From Planctomycetota bacterium (lineage in GTDB: Bacteria; Planctomycetota; UBA1135; UBA2386), in assembly GCA_029936315.1 (NCBI GenBank), contig JAPYTD010000008.1:5443-69442 (forward strand): a DNA stretch of 64,000 nt, in the 5' to 3' direction. Made by a program: the position numbers and the translations under genes. This document shows, piece after piece, positions 1 through 9,933 of this stretch. The notes beneath the pieces are model-generated. The model worked only from the letters and a program-made list of their open reading frames with translations. It had not been told where the DNA came from and ran no database searches. Every line of letters begins with the position of its first letter. Position 1 is the stretch's first letter.

Positions 1-755
1 TCCGAATGGGCGCGGGCAGCTACGTTTGCGGCGAAGAGACCGCGATGCTAGAGAGCCTCGAAGGCAAGCGAGGCATCGTGCGCGCCAAGCCGCCGTTGCC
101 GGCACTGGAAGGCTTGTGGGGCAAGCCGACGCTCGTCAACAACGTGATGACGCTCGCTGCCGTGCCGTTCATCGTCGACAAGGGTGGCGAGGCGTACGCT
201 GCGCATGGCACGGGCCGCAGTCTCGGCACGCTGCCGTACCAGTTGGCGGGCAACATCAAGCAGGGCGGCTTGGTCGAGGTGCCGCTCGGCACCACCATCC
301 GCGAGTTGCTCTACGATTTCGGTGGTGGCTCGGCGAGTGGTCGCCCGATCCGCGCGATCCAGGTCGGTGGCCCGCTCGGTGCCTATCTGCCAGAGTCCAA
401 GTTCGACACGCCGGCCGATTACGAATCGTTGACTGCTGTGGGCGGCCTACTCGGCCACGGCGGCATCGTTGTGTTCGACGACACAGTCGACATGGCCAAG
501 ATGGCGCGTTACGCGTTTGAGTTCTGCGCGATCGAGTCATGCGGGAAGTGCACTCCATGCCGCATTGGCAGCATCCGCGGCGTCGAAGTCGTCGACCGCC
601 TGGTTGCGGGCAAGAACCGCTTGGCCGATGAGGCGCTGTTGCGGGACCTCTGCGACACGCTGACGAGCGCGTCGTTGTGTGCGATGGGTGGGCTGACGCC
701 GCTGCCCGTGCTGAGCGCGCTCGACCACTTTCCCGGAGACTTCGAGAAGGCATAG
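1..755 (+). CDS. fdsB: NAD-dependent formate dehydrogenase beta subunit (NuoF/51-kDa-like flavoprotein), 5' end cut by window edge
   Basis: The ORF is open to the window edge. GAGSYVCGEETAMLESLEG...ESCGKCTPCR is NuoF-family FMN/4Fe-4S sequence. It sits upstream of fdsA. Confidence 0.8.
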   Translation, partial: RMGAGSYVCGEETAMLESLEGKRGIVRAKPPLPALEGLWGKPTLVNNVMTLAAVPFIVDKGGEAYAAHGTGRSLGTLPYQLAGNIKQGGLVEVPLGTTIRELLYDFGGGSASGRPIRAIQVGGPLGAYLPESKFDTPADYESLTAVGGLLGHGGIVVFDDTVDMAKMARYAFEFCAIESCGKCTPCRIGSIRGVEVVDRLVAGKNRLADEALLRDLCDTLTSASLCAMGGLTPLPVLSALDHFPGDFEKA

Positions 756-1217
756 TCGCCATGCGCCGGGGCGTTCCGGCCAGTTGTCCAGCGGCGAGCG
801 CGCGACCTGGTGTTGGCGGCCGGCCGTCGCGAACTGAAGCCCAGATCGTCGGCGCGCCAGGTCCACAACGCCCTGGCCAACGCGGCCGAGTCGCGCAGTA
901 CGCGGTAGTTGCCGATCGTCGCCGACAGGTCAGCGTCTGCTCCCGGCACCACGATCTCGTTGCCATGGTCGGTTTGCCCTTGTTCTGTTTGCAGGCGCGC
1001 AGACTCTCTGACGATGGGATCCTCAAACCCGGCGAATCACTGGTGGTGGAACGCGAGGTTCAGCTGCGATCCGTTTTGGTGCACGGGATCATGCGTCCGA
1101 CAGCTTGGCCGGTGACGCGAGTTCGCGAGCCGCGATTCGAACACTCGGCACCTCGTGACTTGACGCGACGGCCCGTGCCAAGTGCACTGTATGTCTCTTC
1201 CGAAGGCTCACTCAGCA

Positions 1218-4079
1218 ATGTACTCGAACAAGGTCGTCGACTTCGGCACGCCAACTAAGCGTTCCGATAACACTGTTACCGTTCACATCGACGGCAAGCC
1301 CGTCTGTGTGCCAGAAGGCACTTCCGTGATGCGCGCCGCCGTCGAAGCTGGCGTGCAGGTTCCGAAGCTCTGCGCCACCGATTCGCTGGAGTCGTTTGGC
1401 AGCTGTCGGCTGTGTTTGGTCGAGATCGATGGTCGCCGCGGCACGCCCGCCTCGTGCACGACACCGTGTGACGACGGCATGCAGGTGACGACGCAGTCGA
1501 ACAAACTCGCCAACCTGCGGCGCGGCGTGATGGAACTCTACATCAGCGACCACCCGCTCGACTGCCTGACGTGTCCCGCCAACGGCAACTGCGAACTGCA
1601 GGACATGGCTGGCGCGGTCGGCCTGCGCGACGTTCGCTACGGCTACGAGGGCGAGAACCACCTCGTGCAGGAGAAGGATGAGTCGAACCCATACTTCACC
1701 TTCGATCCAACCAAGTGCATCGTTTGCTCGCGTTGCGTTCGCGCCTGCGAAGAGACCCAGGGAACATTTGCGCTGACGGTCGAGGGCCGTGGCTTCGAAT
1801 CTAAAATCGCCGCGGGACCGACTAACTTCTTCGACTCGGAGTGTGTGTCTTGCGGAGCCTGCGTGCAGGCGTGCCCGACGTCGACTCTGATGGAGAAATC
1901 GATCGTTGATGCGGGCCAACCCGATCACGCAGTCACGACCACGTGCGCATACTGCGGCGTCGGCTGCTCGTTCCGCGCCGAGATGCAGGGCAGCGAAGTT
2001 GTTCGCATGGTGCCGCACAAGGACGGCAAGGCGAACCACGGCCACAGCTGCGTCAAGGGTCGCTTTGCGTGGGGCTATGCAACGCATCCAGACCGTGTCA
2101 AGAAGCCGATGATCCGCAAGAAGATCACCGACCCGTGGCGCGAAGTGACGTGGGAGGAGGCATTCGAGTACGCCGCTTCGGAGATCAAGCGCATCCAGGC
2201 GAAGTATGGCCAGGCTTCGACGGGTGGAATCACCAGCTCGCGCTGCACCAACGAAGAGACCTTCCTCTTGCAGAAGCTGGTGCGGGCCGGCTTTGGCAAC
2301 AACAACGTCGATACTTGCGCCCGCGTCTGCCACTCGCCGACCGGCTACGGTCTCAAGACTACGCTCGGCGAATCGGCCGGCACGCAGGACTTTGATAGCG
2401 TCGACTTTACCGATTGCGTGATTGTGCTCGGCGCCAACCCAACCGACGGCCACCCGGTGTTCGCGTCGCGCATGAAGAAGCGCTTGCGCGAGGGCGCGGG
2501 CCTGATCGTCATCGATCCGCGCAAGATCGACCTTGTGCGCATGCCGCATGTCGAGGCCGACTTCCACTTGCAGCTGCGTCCCGGCGCTAACGTCGCGGTG
2601 ATGAACGCACTCGCGCATGTGGTCGTCACCGAAGGCTTGGAGTCGAAGGACTACATCGCCCAACGTTGCGATCTCGACGACTACACCAAGTGGCGCGCGT
2701 TCATCAGTGAAGAACGCAACTCGCCGGAAGCGCTTGAAGAGCACACCGGCGTGCCGGCAGACCAGATCCGGGGCGCCGCGCGCTTGTTCGCGAAGGCTCC
2801 CAACGGCGCGATCTACTACGGCCTTGGCGTTACCGAGCACAGCCAGGGTTCGACCGGCGTGATGACGATCGCCAACCTCGCGATGCTGACCGGCAACATC
2901 GGCCGCCCCGGTGTCGGCGTGAACCCGCTGCGCGGTCAGAACAACGTGCAGGGCGCCTGCGACATGGGCTCATTCCCGCACGAGCTGCCCGGTTACCGCC
3001 ACGTCTCCGATCCCGCCGTGCGCGAACTGTTTGGCAAAGAGTGGGGCGTCAAAATCCAGCCGGAGCCGGGTCTGCGTATTCCGAACATGTTCGACGCTGC
3101 GGTCGATGGTTCGTTCAAGGCGCTCTACGTGCAAGGCGAAGACATCGCGCAGTCGGATCCGGATACGCAGCACGTGCAGAAGGCGCTCGAATCGCTCGAG
3201 TGCCTGATCGTGCAAGACATCTTCCTCAACGAGACCGCGAAGTACGCGCATGTGATCTTCCCCGGTAGCTCGTTCCTTGAGAAGGACGGCACGTTTACCA
3301 ACGCCGAGCGCCGCATCAGCATGGTCCGCAAAGTCATGCCGCCGCTTGCTGGTTTGGCGGACTGGGAGGTCACGGTGCGGTTCGCCGAGGCACTCGGCTA
3401 CCGCATGGACTACAAGCATCCGAGCGAGATCATGGACGAGATCGCTCGCCTGACGCCGACATTCAGTGGTGTCAGCTACGACAAGCTCAACAAGCTCGGT
3501 AGCGTGCAGTGGCCGTGCAACGACGCTGCGCCGGAAGGCACGCCGTACATGCACGAGCAGGAGTTCACGCGCGGCAAGGGCAAGTTTGTGCTGACCGAGT
3601 TCCAGGCGACGCCGGAGCGCACGACCCGCAAGTTCCCGCTGATCCTGACGACCGGCCGCACCCTGAGCCAATACAACGTCGGCGCGCAGACGCGCCGCAC
3701 GCAGAACCAATTGTGGCATGACGAGGACATGATTGAGTTGCATCCGCACGATGCGGAGAACCGCGGCATCGAGCATGGTGACATGGTTTCGATGCAGAGT
3801 CGCAAGGGCGATACCACCATGCGCTGCGTCATCACTGAACGCATGCAACTCGGCGTCGTCTACTCGACGTTCCATCACCCGGAGTCTGGTGCCAATGTGG
3901 TGACTACCGAGAACTCGGACTGGGCGACAAACTGTCCCGAATACAAGGTCACGGCGGTTCAGGTGAGGAAGGTCACATCGAACAGGAGTGATTGGCAGCA
4001 GCGCTTCGACGCGTTCGCGCAGCAGCAAGATTCACTCGCCCGTCAGGGCGCCGAAGACCCCGAACAACCCGCGAAGTAG
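1218..4079 (+). CDS. fdsA: Formate dehydrogenase alpha (catalytic, molybdopterin) subunit
   Basis: ORF 1182..4079, with the start moved to MYSNKVVDFGTP. It has an N-terminal 2Fe-2S motif (CATDSLESFGSCRLC), two CxxCxxCxxxCP motifs, and a molybdopterin-oxidoreductase body with CARVCHSPTG (Cys codon TGC). Confidence 0.9.
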   Translation: MYSNKVVDFGTPTKRSDNTVTVHIDGKPVCVPEGTSVMRAAVEAGVQVPKLCATDSLESFGSCRLCLVEIDGRRGTPASCTTPCDDGMQVTTQSNKLANLRRGVMELYISDHPLDCLTCPANGNCELQDMAGAVGLRDVRYGYEGENHLVQEKDESNPYFTFDPTKCIVCSRCVRACEETQGTFALTVEGRGFESKIAAGPTNFFDSECVSCGACVQACPTSTLMEKSIVDAGQPDHAVTTTCAYCGVGCSFRAEMQGSEVVRMVPHKDGKANHGHSCVKGRFAWGYATHPDRVKKPMIRKKITDPWREVTWEEAFEYAASEIKRIQAKYGQASTGGITSSRCTNEETFLLQKLVRAGFGNNNVDTCARVCHSPTGYGLKTTLGESAGTQDFDSVDFTDCVIVLGANPTDGHPVFASRMKKRLREGAGLIVIDPRKIDLVRMPHVEADFHLQLRPGANVAVMNALAHVVVTEGLESKDYIAQRCDLDDYTKWRAFISEERNSPEALEEHTGVPADQIRGAARLFAKAPNGAIYYGLGVTEHSQGSTGVMTIANLAMLTGNIGRPGVGVNPLRGQNNVQGACDMGSFPHELPGYRHVSDPAVRELFGKEWGVKIQPEPGLRIPNMFDAAVDGSFKALYVQGEDIAQSDPDTQHVQKALESLECLIVQDIFLNETAKYAHVIFPGSSFLEKDGTFTNAERRISMVRKVMPPLAGLADWEVTVRFAEALGYRMDYKHPSEIMDEIARLTPTFSGVSYDKLNKLGSVQWPCNDAAPEGTPYMHEQEFTRGKGKFVLTEFQATPERTTRKFPLILTTGRTLSQYNVGAQTRRTQNQLWHDEDMIELHPHDAENRGIEHGDMVSMQSRKGDTTMRCVITERMQLGVVYSTFHHPESGANVVTTENSDWATNCPEYKVTAVQVRKVTSNRSDWQQRFDAFAQQQDSLARQGAEDPEQPAK

Positions 4080-4084
4080 CCGCC

Positions 4085-4318
4085 ATGGACGCCAACAAAC
4101 TTGTCACCATGGCGAACCAGATCGCCTCATTCTTCGCCACGGATCCGGACCGCACCGCTGCGGTCGCGGGCACCGCCAACCACATCCAGAAGTTCTGGGA
4201 GCCGCGCATGCGCAAGACGTTGTTGGCTGCGTTCGATGATGGTGGGGACCACGGCATGCATGAGTTGGTCGTGGCGGCCTTGACCGAGCACCGTGCCGGG
4301 CTTGAGCCGGTCGCCTGA
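4085..4318 (+). CDS. fdsD: Formate dehydrogenase delta subunit (small FdsD-like protein)
   Basis: The ATG lies 5 nt after the fdsA stop. MDANKLVTMANQIASFF...HIQKFWEPRMR resembles the FdsD family as I recall it. Confidence 0.65.
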   Translation: MDANKLVTMANQIASFFATDPDRTAAVAGTANHIQKFWEPRMRKTLLAAFDDGGDHGMHELVVAALTEHRAGLEPVA

Positions 4319-4480
4319 GCTGTCGCCATGACACCGCGATACGTGGGAGTACTAGTTCATCCGCGTCAATGCCGGGCGTTGGATCGGCACCGGTTTGCCG
4401 AGCCACGTCGACGAGAAGTTCGACGATTACGGCGCAGGGCTGGGAGATCTTGAGACGGCGCACCTCGTAACCGCTGCCAA

Positions 4481-5011
4481 TTGAACCGCATCCAGATCCA
4501 ACAAGGCGACATCACAACGTTCGCACTCGACGCGATCGTCAACGCCGCCAACGAAGCGATGCTAGGTGGCAGTGGCGTGGATGGCGCAATCCATCGCGCC
4601 GCTGGGCCAAGGCTTCTCGACGCGTGCCTGGCGGTCGCCGAAGTCGCGCCAAACGTGCGCTGCCCAACCGGCGAGGCTCGCATCACCGCTGGCTTTGATC
4701 TGCAGGCACGCTTTGTGATTCATACGGTTGGCCCGGTCTGGCAGGGCAGCCAACACGGTGAGCCCGAGTTGCTGGCGAGTTGTTACCGATCGTCGCTGCA
4801 GCTGGCTCGCGAACACGGCTTGCGAACCATCGCCTTCCCGGCAATCAGTTGCGGCACCTATGGCTATCCGGTCGAGAAGGCCGTGGCCGTGGTGCGTAAG
4901 ACGTTGACTCAGTGTCTTGCCGACGACGCGCACTTCGAACGCGTGGTGTTGGTTGCGTTCGGCGACGAGTCGCTGGCCGCGGTGCAAGCTGGCTTCCCCA
5001 GCCAATCGTAA
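4481..5011 (+). CDS. Macro domain protein (O-acetyl-ADP-ribose deacetylase, YmdB-like)
   Basis: IQIQQGDITTFALDAIVNAANEAMLGGSGVDGAIHRAAG and FPAISCGTYGYP are typical macro-domain motifs. The start appears to be TTG. Confidence 0.85.
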   Translation: MNRIQIQQGDITTFALDAIVNAANEAMLGGSGVDGAIHRAAGPRLLDACLAVAEVAPNVRCPTGEARITAGFDLQARFVIHTVGPVWQGSQHGEPELLASCYRSSLQLAREHGLRTIAFPAISCGTYGYPVEKAVAVVRKTLTQCLADDAHFERVVLVAFGDESLAAVQAGFPSQS

Positions 5012-5053
5012 GCCTGGCGAGGTGAGTGGGGTCCGCGACGACGACCGCGAGGT

Positions 5054-6214
5054 CTATTTGGGAGCTTCTTGTTTTGGAAAGTCGATGCGCTGGACCTTGC
5101 GCTCCTTGCCCGAGACATCGATGAGCAACAAGGATTGCTTCTGCGCGGGGAGGCCCGCCACGTAGGCGGACGTGGTTGCTGCCCACTTGCCATCCGGCGA
5201 CATGGCCAACTGCATTTGCAGTGCTGGGGTGGTGCCCTCCTTGCTGGCCGGCAAGGTGATCAGTTCGGTTTCGCGCGAAACGCTGCCGCTGAAGAGCGTT
5301 TCGTAGAGGGAGAATCGGTGGCCCTCGTCGACTTCCCGGACGATCACCGAAAACAACCCGACGTTGTCTTTGGCCCAGGCAAGGGAGCTGATACTGACCA
5401 GGCCGTTGAGGTCGTCGAACGGCAGCACGTTTTCAAGTTTGCCATTTGCGAACACCAGGATGGCCGTCGCTGTTTGGTCGGTGTTCTCGCGATCGACGCG
5501 TTCGGCCGGGATGGCCATGCGCGACAGGTCCTTGGTGAAGCATGGCATCGGCAACGGCTTCCAGCCAGGCTTGCCCTTCGCGACCTTCGGCGACTCGAAC
5601 AGCATCTTGCCGGTGAGGTTCTTGGGGTCGATCGTGCCGAACTCCCAGCTGGCTTTCCGCTTCGCATCGCGCTGCGTGATGTAGCAGATGCCGCCGCCGC
5701 GCCTGGCGAGGAACAGGTCCACAGGCGTGTTCGGCAGATCGTCGCGCACGATCGCGCCCGTGGTCAGGTCGACGCGCGTCAGGGACTTGCCGCCCAGGAA
5801 CAGCGCGCCGTCGACGATGACCGGCGGCAGGATCAGGTGATCTAGGGCGTTGTTCTCGGTCTCGATCTCAAACGGACCTACAGGCTTTGTCCCTGCCGGT
5901 GCTGAGAATGGGATGCGCCGCACGCGCAGCGTCTTCTTGCTCCCCTCCTTCATCGACAGCAGCAACAGATCGCCGTTTGGCAGGTAGTGCGGGACGACGA
6001 ACTCCTGCTCGATCTGATTGATATGGATGATCTCGCTGGTCTGCTTCGCAAGGTCGTAGCGCGCGAGTGCCATATTCTGGCCGACCTTGCCCGGAAACAC
6101 GATCTGCGAACTGTTGGGGCTCCATGCTGGCCGGCATGCGAACGTCCATGCGATTGCGGCCAAGGTGGCGACAGTGACTAGGCGGCGATACGCGCTGGCT
6201 GAGGTGGGGCTCAT
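5054..6214 (-). CDS. Exported hypothetical protein with TolB-like beta-propeller signatures
   Basis: ORF 5054..6445, with the start moved to MSPTSASAYRRLVTVATLAAIAW (hydrophobic N-terminus). WSPNSSQIVF and MSPDGKWAAT motifs resemble TolB/WD40-like repeats. Confidence 0.5.
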   Translation of the reverse strand: MSPTSASAYRRLVTVATLAAIAWTFACRPAWSPNSSQIVFPGKVGQNMALARYDLAKQTSEIIHINQIEQEFVVPHYLPNGDLLLLSMKEGSKKTLRVRRIPFSAPAGTKPVGPFEIETENNALDHLILPPVIVDGALFLGGKSLTRVDLTTGAIVRDDLPNTPVDLFLARRGGGICYITQRDAKRKASWEFGTIDPKNLTGKMLFESPKVAKGKPGWKPLPMPCFTKDLSRMAIPAERVDRENTDQTATAILVFANGKLENVLPFDDLNGLVSISSLAWAKDNVGLFSVIVREVDEGHRFSLYETLFSGSVSRETELITLPASKEGTTPALQMQLAMSPDGKWAATTSAYVAGLPAQKQSLLLIDVSGKERKVQRIDFPKQEAPK

Positions 6215-6661
6215 GGCTTGTTGCAGTTTGGTAGCCAATGCCGTCAGGTTCTGGCCGCGAGCTTCTCGGATTCTCCTAAGCCTTGGCTCAGTAACGTATA
6301 AGAGTGTTGCCGAGGGGTGGGGTGCAATCGATCGACGTTGCGGTCGCGTCAGCGCATTGCCGTTCGCGTCGAACTGCCTTTGGGGCGGTGGTTTCTTGCT
6401 GGCTGGCCTTGTTACGGTTGGGGCGCAACCGCGGTGTTTCGTCACCGGCGACTTGGGCCCAGGATTGAGGAGAATCCACCCGTTCGACTGCGATGTCGGG
6501 GCTCTGGCTACCTTGCGTTACCGGCGGTGCAACGATACCTCGCTGGTTTCCCCGCCGGCTGTGACCTATCCTGTGTGGCTAACGCGCTACCCGTGCCGCC
6601 AGGGTGGAAGTCGCGATGGCAACCGGGCTACGGCTGACCAGCGCGCTCCGTCGATGTAGGA

Positions 6662-6692
6662 GGCGGCTTCCCGCCATTGCGGGGGGCGTTTT
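6662..6692 (+). promoter_or_regulatory. Two mutually exclusive hairpins, the second followed by a T-run, in the ftsH leader (candidate attenuator)
   Basis: GGCGG-cttc-CCGCC (6662-6675) shares its 3' arm with CTTCCCGC-catt-GCGGGGGG (6667-6686). The second hairpin is followed by cgTTTTgc, about 45 nt before the ftsH ATG. Confidence 0.2.
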
Positions 6693-6735
6693 GCTGGGCC
6701 CAGTTTGTGGGCGATGCGGCGGCGAGAGACAGCTG

Positions 6736-9099
6736 ATGACAGACAAAGAACCGAAGGAACCGGCCGGGGGGCAAACCCCTCCCAAGAAGCCACGTGGCAT
6801 GGGTGGGGTCGTCCTGATCCTGGCCTTGCTGATGGCGCTGTTCGTCGTCGTTTCGAGCTCGGGCCGCGATGGCCAAAACTCGGTGCACGCGTTCTACAGC
6901 CATCTGCTCAACAGCCGCCTGTCGCACATCACGCTGTCGGACGGCGTTGTCACGGCGAAGGTCAAGACAGCGCAGGGCAGTGACCGGCCGATCGAGGTCG
7001 TGCTGCGCGATTTCTTGCGCTGGGGAGAGATCGACTACGACCTGTTCAGCACGCTGTCGGTTACTAGCCTCGATACGGAGCTCTACCCAGACGCTACGGT
7101 CGCCACCAGTCGCTTCCTCGAAGACGTCAAGAAAAAGCGCGTCACGATCTGGCACGCGTTCTTCACCAACGAAGTCGCCTCGAAGGCGGCGACGACGTCG
7201 GCGTCGACGGTTGCCGACGACGTGCGCAAGGAAGGTGCCTACCTGACCGTGCTACTGCAGCGCGGCTCCAACGTGCACTACGTGCGCATCGACGCACCGC
7301 TGCCGACCGCTGGCGCCCCATCGTTGCAAGAGGTCACGACCGAACTCCAGGCGCTTGACGTGCCGCTGCACTTGCGCACGCTGTCGCTCGGCAATTCGGA
7401 CTTCCGCGTAAGCCAGCCGAACACGGCGATGATCTACATCCTCGGCACGGTTGGTCCGTGGCTGTTGGTGTTGGCGATCGTCTGGTTCTTCATCATCCGC
7501 CAAATGCGCTCGCCGGGCGGTTCGGGTGGCGTGATGAGCTTTGGCCGCAGTCGCGCTCAGCTCTACACCAAGGAGAGCCGCACTAACGTGACGTTTGACG
7601 ACGTTGCGGGCATGGAAGAAGCCAAGGCTGAGGTGCGCGAGATCATTGAGTTCTTGAAGAATCCGGGCAAGTTCGCGCGACTCGGTGGCTCGATTCCACG
7701 CGGGGTGTTGCTGGTCGGGTCGCCAGGCACAGGCAAGACATTGCTCGCCAAGGCAATCGCCGGTGAAGCCGAAGTGCCGTTCTTTTCAATCAGCGGCAGT
7801 GACTTCGTCGAGATGTTCGTCGGGGTTGGTGCAAGTCGCGTTCGCGACCTGTTCAAGCAGGCCCGCGAAGCGAGCCCCTGTATCGTGTTCCTCGATGAGA
7901 TCGACGCCGTCGGTCGCAAGCGTGGCACGGGCATGGGCGGTGGTCATGACGAGCGCGAGCAGACGCTCAACGCAATCCTCGTCGAGATGGACGGCTTCGA
8001 CAGCGACAAGGGCATCATCCTCATCGCTGCGACCAACCGTCCGGACGTGCTCGACCCGGCGCTGCTGCGCCCCGGTCGATTCGATCGCCAGGTCGTCATC
8101 GATCGTCCGGACGTCAAGGGCCGCGAGGCGATCCTCAACGTGCACGCCCGCAAGGTGAAGCTCGCCGGCTACGTCGATATCAAGCGCATCGCCAAAGCGA
8201 CGGCTGGCTTCTCCGGAGCCGAGCTCGCCGCGGTGATCAATGAAGCTGCGATCCTAGCGGCAATGAAGAACAAGGAATCGGTCGAGACGTGCGACCTCGA
8301 AGAGGCGCGCGACCGCGTGCGCTGGGGCCGCGAGAAGAGGAGCCGCGCCATCGAGGAAGAGGACAAGAGGGTGACCGCCTACCACGAGGCCGGCCATGCG
8401 ATTGTCTCGATGATGACGCCGGACCAGGATCCGGTGCACAAGGTCACGATCGTCAGTCGCGGTCGGTCGCTCGGAGCGACGATGTCGCTGCCCGAGAAGG
8501 ACGACTACAACCACTGGCAGAAGAAGCTGCTCGGTCGCATCGCTGTCTGCTACGGCGGTCGCGTCGCTGAGAAGATCGTGTTCGGTGATGTATCGGCTGG
8601 TGCCCAGAACGACATCGAGCAGGCCACCAACCTCGCCCGCACGATGGTGTGCGAGCTCGGCATGAGCGACAAGGTCGGCCCCATCAAGTACACGGCGGAC
8701 GATGAGAATCCGTTCCTCGGCCAGGAGTTCCGGTTGTCTGGCGGTGTCTCTGAACAGACCCGGCAGGCCATCGATGACGAGGTGCGCCGGATCATCGACG
8801 AGCAATTCCAGAGATCGATGACGTTGCTCAATGAGCACCGCGAGAAACTCGATACGCTGGCCGAGGCGCTCTTGAAGTACGAGACGGTCAGTGGCGAGGA
8901 GGTTGCGGCCGTGCTGCGCGGCGACGACCTCGAAGAGTTCAAGAAGTCACAAGATCGACATCGCGAAACGGTCGAACGCGAAGCCAAGCGTCGCGAAGCT
9001 GAACTCGAAGCGCAGAGGGCTCAGGAGGAAGCAAACAAACCAGCCCCCGAATCCCAACCCTCCGACGAGAAGCCAGACGTGGGCTTGTCGGGAGCCTGA
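6736..9099 (+). CDS. ftsH: ATP-dependent zinc metalloprotease FtsH
   Basis: Walker [19 protein letters not shown], Walker [13 protein letters not shown] region, zinc site HEAGHA, and two TM helices. The start is moved from 6604 to MTDKEPKEP. Confidence 0.95.
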   Translation: MTDKEPKEPAGGQTPPKKPRGMGGVVLILALLMALFVVVSSSGRDGQNSVHAFYSHLLNSRLSHITLSDGVVTAKVKTAQGSDRPIEVVLRDFLRWGEIDYDLFSTLSVTSLDTELYPDATVATSRFLEDVKKKRVTIWHAFFTNEVASKAATTSASTVADDVRKEGAYLTVLLQRGSNVHYVRIDAPLPTAGAPSLQEVTTELQALDVPLHLRTLSLGNSDFRVSQPNTAMIYILGTVGPWLLVLAIVWFFIIRQMRSPGGSGGVMSFGRSRAQLYTKESRTNVTFDDVAGMEEAKAEVREIIEFLKNPGKFARLGGSIPRGVLLVGSPGTGKTLLAKAIAGEAEVPFFSISGSDFVEMFVGVGASRVRDLFKQAREASPCIVFLDEIDAVGRKRGTGMGGGHDEREQTLNAILVEMDGFDSDKGIILIAATNRPDVLDPALLRPGRFDRQVVIDRPDVKGREAILNVHARKVKLAGYVDIKRIAKATAGFSGAELAAVINEAAILAAMKNKESVETCDLEEARDRVRWGREKRSRAIEEEDKRVTAYHEAGHAIVSMMTPDQDPVHKVTIVSRGRSLGATMSLPEKDDYNHWQKKLLGRIAVCYGGRVAEKIVFGDVSAGAQNDIEQATNLARTMVCELGMSDKVGPIKYTADDENPFLGQEFRLSGGVSEQTRQAIDDEVRRIIDEQFQRSMTLLNEHREKLDTLAEALLKYETVSGEEVAAVLRGDDLEEFKKSQDRHRETVEREAKRREAELEAQRAQEEANKPAPESQPSDEKPDVGLSGA

Positions 9100-9120
9100 T
9101 CGCGAGGTCTGTCCGCCACT

Positions 9121-9933
9121 ATGATTTCCATGCCTGTGCCACAGAACCCCGCCGAAGGTGGCTTTGGCGCGGTAATTGACGCGGGTAAGGCAGTCATCGA
9201 GATCGCGATCTTCGCGGTCTTCATCTACGTGGTGTTGCGCTTCTTGCGCGCGACGCGCGGTTCGGGCGTCATCCGCGGACTCGCGCTGTTGCTGTTGACG
9301 TTTGGGATAGGGTTCTTTCTGGTGGTCGGCACGCTCAACCTCAACCGACTTGAGTGGTTGGTCGAACAGTTGGCGCCGTCGGTCGTGCTCGGGCTTGTGG
9401 TTGTGTTCCACCCCGAGATCCGTCGCGCCATCGTGCATCTGGGCGATGCTCCGATCTTCGGCCGCTTCTTCCGCCGCGATCCCAAGATCGTGCCGCGTCT
9501 GCTGCGGGCTGTAGCGCGTCTGAGTAAGGAGCGCATCGGCGCGTTGATTGCGATCGAGCGCGAAGCGTCGCTGTCGGAGTTGTCCGAGAATGGCATCACG
9601 ATCGATGCCGAACTCAACTCGTACCTGATCGAATCGATCTTCTTCCCGAAGAGCGCGCTGCATGATGGGGGCGTGGTGGTGCAGGACGATCGCATCGTTG
9701 CGGCGTCGTGCCTGTTCCCACTCAGCCAAAACGCGGACATCGACAAGCGTCTCGGCACGCGCCATCGCGCGGCTCTCGGCTTGGCGGAAGAAACCGATGC
9801 CTTGATCATCGTGGTCAGTGAAGAGACCGGCAACATTTCGATCGCCAGCAACGGCAAGCTCAACCATGGCCTGACGCTGCAGAACCTCGAAAACGAACTT
9901 GTGGAAGTCTTTGTTCGGAGTAGTGGCTCATGA
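9121..9933 (+). CDS. cdaA: Diadenylate cyclase CdaA (membrane DAC/DisA_N domain)
   Basis: Three N-terminal TM helices, then ALIAIERE...LHDGGVVV...GTRHRAALGLAEETDALIIVVSEETGNISIA, which is the DAC domain with its RHR motif. Confidence 0.9.
   Translation: MISMPVPQNPAEGGFGAVIDAGKAVIEIAIFAVFIYVVLRFLRATRGSGVIRGLALLLLTFGIGFFLVVGTLNLNRLEWLVEQLAPSVVLGLVVVFHPEIRRAIVHLGDAPIFGRFFRRDPKIVPRLLRAVARLSKERIGALIAIEREASLSELSENGITIDAELNSYLIESIFFPKSALHDGGVVVQDDRIVAASCLFPLSQNADIDKRLGTRHRAALGLAEETDALIIVVSEETGNISIASNGKLNHGLTLQNLENELVEVFVRSSGS

Noticed and set aside
2315-2345. Possible selenocysteine at the formate dehydrogenase Mo-ligand position
   Set aside because: The codon in CARVCHSPTG is TGC (Cys), not TGA. 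This is the Cys-type FdsA class.
1212-2840. 542-aa minus-strand ORF antisense to fdsA. Similar long antisense ORFs occur at 19599..20978 (vs pyrG), 42424..43632 (vs trpS), 51233..52387 (vs tuf), 59726..60634 (vs rpoB) and 61773..63893 (vs rpoC).
   Set aside because: Each lies opposite a gene with unmistakable homology, and each has an Arg/Ala/Gly/Val/Asp-rich, low-complexity composition. This is the expected stop-codon-poor antisense frame of a GC-rich genome. There are no motifs and no plausible starts or RBS.
4104-4463. Minus-strand ORF downstream of fdsD (MRRLKISQPCAV...) as a LysR-type regulator remnant, by analogy with fdsR
   Set aside because: Only the LKISQP hexapeptide resembles a LysR HTH, and the rest shows no LysR features. 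Most of the ORF is antisense to fdsD.
6604-6735. Upstream ATG giving FtsH a 44-residue N-terminal extension (MEVAMATGLRLTSALRRCRRRL...)
   Set aside because: The extension is Arg/Cys/Gly-rich and unlike FtsH N-termini. The MTDKEPKEP start gives the usual short cytoplasmic tail before TM1.
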